From an uncultured Bacilli bacterium (GTDB lineage Bacteria; Bacillota_I; Bacilli_A; RF39; UBA660), in contig OZ006970.1 in the NCBI GenBank assembly GCA_963931065.1, positions 139,458 through 203,457 on the forward strand: 64,000 nucleotides of DNA, written 5' to 3'. The first letter of the stretch is position 1. Each line of letters opens with the position of its first letter. Both the position numbers and the translations under genes were made by a program. Shown piece by piece: positions 29,635 through 38,299 of this stretch. The notes beneath the pieces were generated by a model. That model searched no databases. It was not told the DNA's origin and was given only the letters and a program-made list of their open reading frames with translations.

Positions 29635-31458
29635 TTATTGTATGGTAATCTCGAAAGGTTGTTCTTTAGTACCTAGACCTCCTGTTATTATTACGTTAGA
29701 TTTTAGATTGATAGTTGGTTTAACTGCAACAGAATTTGTCGTAGATACAACATACCTACCATAATTGTCAACATAAACAGTACGAATATTATATGAATTA
29801 TAAGGTGTTAAAGTCCAATACCATATATCATTTGTATATATATCAAATTGACCAGCCATTAATTCTCCATATCTTAACAAACCCACTTTAGCATCAGTTG
29901 TTGTAACATATCCTGACATACTAGTATCTCTATATTTTGCTAATTTATAACTTGCACCGCTTCCTACTGTTCCTAGATACCATGTTGTACTATCTTCTAT
30001 CATATCACTATATGTACTATCTACATAACTATTTAAATATTCCCCATTTAAAAATGTACCAATTACACTATTAGTTGAATAATTAACTTCAATATTTGAA
30101 CTTCCAAATGCACTTGTTATAAAGGTACCAGAACTCTTTAATGGTTCGGCACTTACTATTTTTGTTCCTGTTCCATTTTCATGGCTTACTATTCTATATA
30201 GATTATTTTCATCATTTCCAAATCTTACATACTCACCACTATATCTTGTATTAAGCATAGTCCCTGATAAATTACTGTCATTATCTCCTTCTAAGCGATA
30301 GGGATTATCTAAAGTTCCATTACCATCAACGATTTTGACACTAAATTTTAGATTTATTGATGGTCTAATGCCAAATGTATAGCTTGACACAGAAGTATAG
30401 CGATTTATATTTCCAAAATTTTCAATAATTAAACATGGAGTTAAAGTCCACCACCAAAGTCCATTATTTAAATATCCATTACCATAGGTTGTTCCCGTAT
30501 AACTAGACTGATATTCATATATATTAAGTAGACCAACTGCATCAGTTACAGTCGTTGTTCCATTCGGTCTTGTTATACTTCCTAATTCTGTAGAACCCAA
30601 TGTCGCATCCCATACACTATCTGTTACGATAAAGTTTTCATAATCTCTTAAATTTCCTAGAAAACCATCTATACTAGTATCATTTAACCAGTCTTCCATA
30701 TGACTTTCTTCAAATGCACCACTATCATCATCATAACTGATTGCACTTATATTCCATTGTGTTACTAACTTAGTTGTCTTGGCATCATTATTTACAGACA
30801 CCGCTCTCCATAATTTACCAGAGTACCATATATAATTATTAGGGTCTTCTCCTGTTATGAAGGTATCTTCTCCATCATCATAAGTTGAACCATTTTCTCC
30901 TGGTTCTAATACATAATCTGCAACAGTCTCCTTTTTTGCTTCTTCAAATAAATGCCCATTACTAGGTAAACTTAAATCATTATAATCTAGCCCTACTCCT
31001 ACTCCTAATGTAATTGTTACACTACTACTAGATTCATTCTTTACTCTTATCTTATATATATTACTAGAACCAGAACTACCACTTGCTGTTAAATTAGCAC
31101 CTTTCTCCCCCATTGGTATATTTATTCCTTCTCCTGTTTTATAACCTACTTCTACACCACTAGCTAAACTTCCTTCATAATAAAAGTTAAATCTTGCTTC
31201 TCTATTATTAGGATTAGATAATGTTACTGTAAATTCTTTAGTTTCTTTCGCTCCTACTACTAACTTATTACTTTCTACATTATCTACAGTAAGCTTATAC
31301 GTTAAATTACCCGTTACTATACTAATAGCATTACCCTTTTCTTTTGATACTGTAAACATTGCATAAGAAAAGTATCCTCCTAACATTAATAGAGTTACTA
31401 TAATCATTACTATCATATATATTTTACTAAAACTTGTTTCTAATAATAACTTCTTCAT
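29635..31458 (-). CDS. secreted/surface protein, paralog 1 of a tandem-repeat family (unassigned domain family)
   Basis: Start taken at MKKLLLE (RBS gaaaggag), N-terminal signal anchor. Two internal repeats, each with the motifs GLL(N/R)xYE(Y/L), WWTLTP, G(I/V)RP(S/T)INLKS, ending GGxGT(K/L)(E/D)xP(F/Y). Paralogs at 38300..40132 and 60165..63570. Confidence 0.6.
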   Translation of the reverse strand: MKKLLLETSFSKIYMIVMIIVTLLMLGGYFSYAMFTVSKEKGNAISIVTGNLTYKLTVDNVESNKLVVGAKETKEFTVTLSNPNNREARFNFYYEGSLASGVEVGYKTGEGINIPMGEKGANLTASGSSGSSNIYKIRVKNESSSSVTITLGVGVGLDYNDLSLPSNGHLFEEAKKETVADYVLEPGENGSTYDDGEDTFITGEDPNNYIWYSGKLWRAVSVNNDAKTTKLVTQWNISAISYDDDSGAFEESHMEDWLNDTSIDGFLGNLRDYENFIVTDSVWDATLGSTELGSITRPNGTTTVTDAVGLLNIYEYQSSYTGTTYGNGYLNNGLWWWTLTPCLIIENFGNINRYTSVSSYTFGIRPSINLKFSVKIVDGNGTLDNPYRLEGDNDSNLSGTMLNTRYSGEYVRFGNDENNLYRIVSHENGTGTKIVSAEPLKSSGTFITSAFGSSNIEVNYSTNSVIGTFLNGEYLNSYVDSTYSDMIEDSTTWYLGTVGSGASYKLAKYRDTSMSGYVTTTDAKVGLLRYGELMAGQFDIYTNDIWYWTLTPYNSYNIRTVYVDNYGRYVVSTTNSVAVKPTINLKSNVIITGGLGTKEQPFEITIQ

Positions 31459-31473
31459 AAACTTCTCCTTTCT

Positions 31474-31512
31474 AAAACACAAAAAAGAATAGAATAATCC
31501 TATTCTATTCTT
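31474..31512 (-). promoter_or_regulatory. conserved 12-bp-stem hairpin plus T-run (terminator/attenuator-like) in the leader of paralog 1
   Basis: aagaatagaata-ggat-tattctattctt followed by ttttgtgtttt on the minus strand, 15 nt before the RBS. A near-identical hairpin lies at 63684-63713 upstream of paralog 3. Confidence 0.5.
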
Positions 31513-31559
31513 ACATAACAAAAGAAAGTAATATTATTACTTAAATATTTATAAAGCTG

Positions 31560-31568
31560 CCCCCCCCC
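31560..31568 (-). repeat. G9 homopolymeric tract (C9 on plus strand) upstream of paralog 1
   Basis: The only long G/C homopolymers in this AT-rich window are this one and 63759-63767. Both sit in the same conserved module upstream of paralogous genes. Confidence 0.8.
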
Positions 31569-31670
31569 ATGTAGCATTTATGATATATTTATCCATAAAA
31601 TTTACCTTCTTTCTTACTATTTTTATTAACTTAATAATATCAAAAAAATAGAACTTAAACAAGTCCTATT

Positions 31671-32405
31671 TTATCTACTTTTAATTAAAGCTATATAATT
31701 GTTAACCTTACTAGCCCAAGTAGGACTAGCAGCATATTTTGGACCAATAGATTCTGGTGTAGTTAATCCATAAGCATAATAATTACGATATAAGTTATCT
31801 AAATAACCCATAATTCCTTCATCTAGTGTAGCATATGCTTTATAACTTCCTCCACCACAACTAGGTCCACCTTTTTGACCACCTACATTATTACATTCAC
31901 GAACTAAACTACTACAAGTACCATTACATCCAGTCTCATGAAGAATAATAGCAGTTGCCATATAAGGATCAATTCCTAACTGTAAAGAATAACTTGCAAT
32001 TAAGTATCCTTTACCAGAAATAGTAGACTTTAGTGAACGATTAAGCTTATCAGCTAACTCTCCCATAGTTAATCCATCATAAACAATAGGGTCAACTGGA
32101 ACAGTATTAACTTCATCATAAGTCTTAACATCTTCTAACTCTTCTTCAATAACTACTTCTTCAACCTTTTCAATATCAGTAGTAGTTACATCTTCTACTT
32201 TATTATTAGATTCTTCTTTAGTAATATTTTTATTCTTATTATTATCTTCTTTATTACCAGCATAAGAATCATTCATTGTCACAGTTTCATAAGCTACAGT
32301 ATTCTCTTCTATTTGAAAAGCTTTATACTGTAATACTCCAGCCAAGCCTATCATAAAAACACCAATAGATGCCAACGTAAGACTCAGCTTACTAACTTTT
32401 TTCAT
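31671..32405 (-). CDS. membrane-anchored glucosaminidase-domain protein (LytD/FlgJ-type N-acetylglucosaminidase-like)
   Basis: Start at MKKVSKLSL (RBS gaaggagg). C-terminal AIILHETGCNGTCSSLVRECNNVGGQKG matches the glucosaminidase (PF01832-like) pattern. Confidence 0.5.
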   Translation of the reverse strand: MKKVSKLSLTLASIGVFMIGLAGVLQYKAFQIEENTVAYETVTMNDSYAGNKEDNNKNKNITKEESNNKVEDVTTTDIEKVEEVVIEEELEDVKTYDEVNTVPVDPIVYDGLTMGELADKLNRSLKSTISGKGYLIASYSLQLGIDPYMATAIILHETGCNGTCSSLVRECNNVGGQKGGPSCGGGSYKAYATLDEGIMGYLDNLYRNYYAYGLTTPESIGPKYAASPTWASKVNNYIALIKSR

Positions 32406-32485
32406 AGTTCCTCCTTCAAATAAGAACAATATAATTGTACCAAATATCTATATATTTGTCAAATTTGACACCCGAACCTATTATA

Positions 32486-35400
32486 TTATATGTTTTTTAT
32501 TGACTTTTTATTGTTTTTATTTCTATAAGAAATATACATCAAAGTACCACCTATTATAATCAACAATCCACCTATTAAATAAATATATGTAGCATTACTT
32601 CCTGTATTTGGTACTTCTACTGGTTTTGAATTAAACATTACTTCACTTTGAATATCTCCTGTCTCTAAAACATTAAATTCAACTACTGATGTATTTAAGA
32701 TATATCCATCTGGTGCTATTGTTTCAGTAAGAGTATATTTACCAACTGGAAGCTTTTCTATATAATGTGGAGTATTACTTGATATCCATTCTTCTACAAT
32801 ATTACCATTACTATCTCTAATTACTAAATGAGCCCCTTCTACTTCTACACTATTGGCCATATCAAGTTTACTTATATTTATCTTTGTAAAGTCATTAACA
32901 TAATTTATTATACTTACATTACTATCATCAGTAACACTAAAGTATATAGGACTATTATTAACAATTACTCCATCTGGTGTATCTAATTGTTTTAATACAT
33001 AGTCACCCAACTCTAAAGTATCACTAATATAACCATCTTTAGTAGTCTCAAACTCATCAACTACTTCTCCTGTTCTAGTCTCTAAGCTATACTTATATCC
33101 TTCTTCTGCATCTACTACTAATTTTCTATCATTAACACTAACAGTAGTAACATCATTACTAATATTAACAGTCTGAACTTTACCTGTCTCTAATACTTCA
33201 AAAGTAATTTTAGAACCCGTTCCCACATAACCAGCTGGAGCCTCTAATTCTTCTAAAATATAAATACCAGCTGATAATCTAACTTGATAAGGCTCATTTG
33301 TACTAATAAACTCTATAGAATCAAAATCTCCATTTTCTTTAGTCAATCTCATTCGAGCCCCTGCTATATATTCTCCATTCCTAGCATCTATCTTACCTAA
33401 GTTTACTATTATTGGTTTATTTTCAATTTCAAGATTAATTTCTTCTGTAGTATCTTCAATAACTAATTCATGAAAACTCTCATCTAAAATATACCCATCA
33501 GGAGCTTGTTTTTCTTTTATATAATAAGTACCAACTTCTAAAGTAGATAAATCTATACTACTTACATCAGTTAAATCTATATCTCTAATATATTCTTTAT
33601 TATTATTGTATAAGCCTAATATTGATCCTAAAATAGGCTCTTTACTTTCACTATCTATCTTTGTAACAGTAACTTTTCTTTTTTTATTAGATAATTTATA
33701 TACAAAAGTACTATCACTATTAGCATTAAAATCTATTTCTAATACTTCACTAGTTCTAACATAACCATCAGGAGCTTTAACTTCTTCTAATTTATATTTC
33801 CCATAAGGAACATTTATTTCTGTTGGAACATTACTACTTGTAAATGTTTCAACTTCATCTCCATTACTATTGGTAAGTCTCAATGTTGCATCTGCAACAT
33901 ATTCTTCAGTATCAGCATCTACTTTTCCAATATTTATAAAAGATTTAACATTTTTCATTGTTACTTGAATACTTGTAGTATTTTCATCTATCGTAAAGCT
34001 TTCTCTTTCTTTATTTAAAGCATAACCACTAGGTGCCTCTATTTCTTCTACATAATATGTACCTGGACTTAATTTATCAAGAGTATATGCTTCTTTAATA
34101 GTAGTAAATGTCTCTATCTCATCACCAATACTATTAGTAACTCTTAACTTTGCTCCACTTAAAGGATTACCTTCTTCATCAACTTTATTTATAACTACTT
34201 GATTATTTGAATTATAGAATGTTACAGTCTTAGCTTCTTCCTCTTCACCAGTAATAGTAACAGGAACTTCACTATTACTAAGAGTATACCCATTTGGAGC
34301 TTCTACTTCTATTACTTTATATTCTCCTTTAACAAGCCCTTTTATACTATGTGCACTATCATCACTAGTCCACTCATCAATAATTTGATTATCACTTACT
34401 CTTACAAGTCTTAATCTTGCCCCACTAACAAACTTATTATCTAAATCTTTTTTCTCTATCAAAACTTCATTTTTTTCGTCTTTAAAATCAACAGTAACAC
34501 TAGTATTATTTTTATCAATAGTAAATTCTTTTTCTTTACTATTTATAAAATAACCATCAGGTGCACTTACTTCTACTACTTTATAAGTACCTTCTTGCAT
34601 TTTAGAAGTATCAACTTCTACATAATCATTAGTTGTTGTTATTGTATCAACTACTTCATTATTACTATTAACTATATTTAATACTGCTCCACTAACTACA
34701 TTACCTGTATCACTATCTATTTTTCTTATTCTTACATCATACTTTGAATTAGTAATCGTACTACTAATATTTAAATCACTATCACTTATTACTACATTAG
34801 TACTCTCTTTATCTATATAATATCCATTAGGAGCTTTTACCTCTTTTATCTCATACTCTCCTGGTAATAAGTTATCTATTACATAATCCTCAGTTGTAGT
34901 AATAAAGTTTGCTACACTCTTATTTGTTGCCTTTCTAATTACTTCTATACTAGCACCTTCCAAAGGAGTATTATCACTACTATCTACCTTTTTTATTGTT
35001 AAACTTCCACTTGGCATTTTAACACTAGCAGATACGGTCTTCTGTTTAGGTACACCTACAAGTGTACTAACAACTGACTGTTGCATTGTATCTACCATAT
35101 CACTAGGAGGATCATAACTGTAAGCAACATATTCTGTATAATTTACTATCACATTTATATTTACATTTATAGGATTATCTATCTTAGATAAATCTACTCT
35201 TAATTTAAAACCTTCTCCACTATTTATAGTATTAGTACCTACTACAACATCACTACTATTAAGAACTTCAACTGCACTATTATCTATACTAACAGCATAA
35301 CTATCATAACTAACATTACTATTTACAGTTATTAAATCAGTAATTAAATATCTATTATCACTACTTAATTTAAAATCACTAGTAGAAATATTAAAACTAG

Positions 35401-36016
35401 GATTAATTGTAACAGGATTATTTTTAGCATAAACTGCCCCTGTTATTAATGGTTCTATAACACTATAATAAGAACTGTTTTTAATAACTTTTTTTTGATT
35501 AGCAGTTAAAACTCCATCAATATCATCACTAACACCACTTACCCTATCTTGATAAAACCAAATTGCAACTTGTGTTAAATAATCATCATTTTTATCATTA
35601 CCAGTTAAACTTTTATTAGGATAAGCATTTTGTAAGATATAAACATAACCTGCATCAAGAGGAACTTCATTTTTAGTAATAGTTTTAGGACTATCATTCT
35701 TTGGCCAATCTTTATCTTTTTCTAGACAATAAACTGTATATCTATTACTACCATCATAAGCATAATATGGTACTAAAGATATAATTTCATCTTCACTTAA
35801 TCCCTCACTAAATAAAGTAACCCTATCAGTAAGAATATCTCCCATACCAGTCGTTAATGTATCAGGTAACTCCGTTGGAATAGCATATGAACTTGCTACT
35901 GTTTTACCTAAAAATATAATCATAATAATTGAAAAGAAGATACTAACTGTAACTTTCATCCAATCATTTTCACTTTTCTTAAATAAACTACCAATCTTAC
36001 CTAACATATTCATCAC
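32486..36016 (-). CDS. sortase-anchored surface adhesin: N-terminal thioester domain, multiple CnaB/SpaA-type Ig-like repeats, VPNTG sorting signal
   Basis: 1176 aa. N-terminal region has TVYCLEKD (Cys) and TQVAIWFYQD (Gln), the thioester-domain hallmarks. At least 7 repeats carry the GEYK(I/V)(V/I)EVxAP(N/D)GY motif. C-terminus is VPNTG plus hydrophobic stretch plus KNNKKS. Confidence 0.7.
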   Translation of the reverse strand: MMNMLGKIGSLFKKSENDWMKVTVSIFFSIIMIIFLGKTVASSYAIPTELPDTLTTGMGDILTDRVTLFSEGLSEDEIISLVPYYAYDGSNRYTVYCLEKDKDWPKNDSPKTITKNEVPLDAGYVYILQNAYPNKSLTGNDKNDDYLTQVAIWFYQDRVSGVSDDIDGVLTANQKKVIKNSSYYSVIEPLITGAVYAKNNPVTINPSFNISTSDFKLSSDNRYLITDLITVNSNVSYDSYAVSIDNSAVEVLNSSDVVVGTNTINSGEGFKLRVDLSKIDNPINVNINVIVNYTEYVAYSYDPPSDMVDTMQQSVVSTLVGVPKQKTVSASVKMPSGSLTIKKVDSSDNTPLEGASIEVIRKATNKSVANFITTTEDYVIDNLLPGEYEIKEVKAPNGYYIDKESTNVVISDSDLNISSTITNSKYDVRIRKIDSDTGNVVSGAVLNIVNSNNEVVDTITTTNDYVEVDTSKMQEGTYKVVEVSAPDGYFINSKEKEFTIDKNNTSVTVDFKDEKNEVLIEKKDLDNKFVSGARLRLVRVSDNQIIDEWTSDDSAHSIKGLVKGEYKVIEVEAPNGYTLSNSEVPVTITGEEEEAKTVTFYNSNNQVVINKVDEEGNPLSGAKLRVTNSIGDEIETFTTIKEAYTLDKLSPGTYYVEEIEAPSGYALNKERESFTIDENTTSIQVTMKNVKSFINIGKVDADTEEYVADATLRLTNSNGDEVETFTSSNVPTEINVPYGKYKLEEVKAPDGYVRTSEVLEIDFNANSDSTFVYKLSNKKRKVTVTKIDSESKEPILGSILGLYNNNKEYIRDIDLTDVSSIDLSTLEVGTYYIKEKQAPDGYILDESFHELVIEDTTEEINLEIENKPIIVNLGKIDARNGEYIAGARMRLTKENGDFDSIEFISTNEPYQVRLSAGIYILEELEAPAGYVGTGSKITFEVLETGKVQTVNISNDVTTVSVNDRKLVVDAEEGYKYSLETRTGEVVDEFETTKDGYISDTLELGDYVLKQLDTPDGVIVNNSPIYFSVTDDSNVSIINYVNDFTKINISKLDMANSVEVEGAHLVIRDSNGNIVEEWISSNTPHYIEKLPVGKYTLTETIAPDGYILNTSVVEFNVLETGDIQSEVMFNSKPVEVPNTGSNATYIYLIGGLLIIIGGTLMYISYRNKNNKKSIKNI

Positions 36017-36053
36017 CTATTATAAATAAAGTATATCACAAAAAAAATAGTAA

Positions 36054-38207
36054 TTAAATACTATTTTTTAACAAACTAAGACTAACTTTTTTCTTATCTA
36101 AATCTATAGAATCTACATAACAATCAACTATATCACCAACACTAAATAAATCGCTAGGATTTTTAATATACTCATTAGTTAATTTTGAAATATGAGCAAG
36201 ACCATCATTTTTTAAACCTATATCAATAAATAGACCAAAATCGACTACATTACGTACTGTTCCTTGTAATTTATCACCTATTTTTAAATCTTCTATATGT
36301 AAGATATCACTTCTTAAAATTGGTTGTGGATAATTATCACGTAAATCCCTCATAGGTTTTTCTAAAGACTCTATAATATCAGTCAAAGTATATTTATCAA
36401 TATCAATTTCTTTACTAAGACTCTCTATATCTAAACCATTAAGTTTATTAATAAGTTCACTACTACCTAAATCATTAACACTAAATCCTAAATAATTAAG
36501 AAGTTTAAGAGTCTTATCATAACTTTCAGGATGAATAGAAGTTTTATCTAAAGGATTATTACCATCAAATATTCTAAGAAAACCGACTGATTGTTCATAA
36601 ACCTTATCAGTAACTCCTTTAATACTATGAAGCTCATCTCTATTTTTAAATTTACCATATTTATCTCTAAAAGAAATAATATTATCTATTACTTTTTTAT
36701 TAAGACCAGAAATATATTTTAATAGTGAAGGACTAGCAGTGTTTATATTAACACCAACACCATTAACTGCTTTACTAACAACAAAGTTTAATGATTCATC
36801 TAGTTTTTTAACAGGTACATCATGTTGATAAAGACCAACACCTATACTTTTAGGATCTATTTTAACTAGTTCAGATAAAGCATCTTGTACACGTCTTCCG
36901 ATACTAACTGCACTTCTTTTTTCTACAGTCAAATCAGGAAACTCTTCTATTGCAAGTTTACTAGCTGAATAAACTGATGCCCCTGCTTCACTTACAATTA
37001 TATAAGAAACATCCTTTTTAGCATCTTTAATTGCCTCTGCTACAAAAGCTTCACTTTCACGAGATGCTGTACCATTACCAATGGCGATTACATCTATATT
37101 GTATTTATCAATAAGTTCAAGTAACTTTTTCTTAGAACCTTCTATATCATTATGAGGTTCTGTTGGATAGATTACATCAATATCTAACACTTTACCAGTC
37201 TTATCTAAAACAGCAAGTTTACATCCTGTTCTAAAAGCAGGGTCATATCCTAGCACAATTTTATCTTTTAATGGAGGAGTAAGTAAAAGTTTCTCTACAT
37301 TAGTAGAAAAATTATCTATAGCACGTACCTCACCTTTTTCTTTAAGTTCAGCCCTAATCTCTCTATCTACACTAGGAAGTATTAAACGTTTAAGACTATC
37401 ATTAATTGCCTCAAGTATTATTTGATAACAAAAACTCTCTTTATTTTTAATTACTTTAGTTTCTAAATACTTAACTATTTTTTCTACATCATAATCTAAT
37501 TTAACAGAAAGTACTCCTTCTTTTTCTCCTCTATTAATCGCTAAAATTCGATGTGGTTTAATATATTTAACTGTTTCACTAAAATCATAATAGTTACTAT
37601 AAGTCTTATTAACATCTTCTATATTCTTCTTTAATTTACTAACAATAACTCCTTCTTTAAAGATATAACTTCTAATCCATTTACGATAATATGCATTATC
37701 ACTAATCCATTCAGCGATTATATACTTTGCCCCAGTAATAGCATCTTCAACACTCTTAACTTTATCAGAAATGTATTTAGAAGCAATTAGATTAATATCT
37801 CCCTTAGTAGGACAAGACATAATAATTTTAGCAAGAGGCTCCAATCCATTATTAATAGCATCAGTCGCTTTAGTCTTTTTCTTCTCTTTATAAGGGCGAT
37901 ACAAATCATCTACTTCAACAAGTTTAATACATTTCATAATAGAAGATTTTAACTCTTCTGTAAGTAGTCCTTTCTCATCAATTAATCTAATAACATCTTC
38001 TTTTCTTTTCATTAAATTAACTTGATACTCGTAAACATCATTAATAGATTTAATAACTTCTTCATTTAAAGCACCTGTCGCTTCTTTGCGGTATCTTGCA
38101 ATAAAAGGAATAGTATTACCTTCCTCTAATAATTTTAAAACAGTCATAACTTGTTTTTTACTAATATTTAAATCTTTACTAATCCCATCAATAATTACTT
38201 CATTCAT
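36054..38207 (-). CDS. tex: Tex-like RNA-binding transcription accessory protein
   Basis: 717 aa with YqgF/RNaseH-like, HhH and C-terminal S1 domains (GDKLQGTVRNVVDFGLFIDIG...AHISKL). Confidence 0.85.
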   Translation of the reverse strand: MNEVIIDGISKDLNISKKQVMTVLKLLEEGNTIPFIARYRKEATGALNEEVIKSINDVYEYQVNLMKRKEDVIRLIDEKGLLTEELKSSIMKCIKLVEVDDLYRPYKEKKKTKATDAINNGLEPLAKIIMSCPTKGDINLIASKYISDKVKSVEDAITGAKYIIAEWISDNAYYRKWIRSYIFKEGVIVSKLKKNIEDVNKTYSNYYDFSETVKYIKPHRILAINRGEKEGVLSVKLDYDVEKIVKYLETKVIKNKESFCYQIILEAINDSLKRLILPSVDREIRAELKEKGEVRAIDNFSTNVEKLLLTPPLKDKIVLGYDPAFRTGCKLAVLDKTGKVLDIDVIYPTEPHNDIEGSKKKLLELIDKYNIDVIAIGNGTASRESEAFVAEAIKDAKKDVSYIIVSEAGASVYSASKLAIEEFPDLTVEKRSAVSIGRRVQDALSELVKIDPKSIGVGLYQHDVPVKKLDESLNFVVSKAVNGVGVNINTASPSLLKYISGLNKKVIDNIISFRDKYGKFKNRDELHSIKGVTDKVYEQSVGFLRIFDGNNPLDKTSIHPESYDKTLKLLNYLGFSVNDLGSSELINKLNGLDIESLSKEIDIDKYTLTDIIESLEKPMRDLRDNYPQPILRSDILHIEDLKIGDKLQGTVRNVVDFGLFIDIGLKNDGLAHISKLTNEYIKNPSDLFSVGDIVDCYVDSIDLDKKKVSLSLLKNSI

Positions 38208-38299
38208 ATAATCACTCTTTCTAACAATATTATTTTAATATAAATAACAAAATGATTAAAGAAAAAGAGAATAATTTGACGTAAAAAGAACTAAGATAT

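Noticed and set aside
31459-31521. N-terminal extension MLCKNRIGLFYSFLCFRKEKF of the 29635..31521 ORF
   Set aside because: It overlaps the conserved hairpin and lacks an RBS. The internal MKKLLLE start has a good RBS and aligns with the starts of the paralogs.
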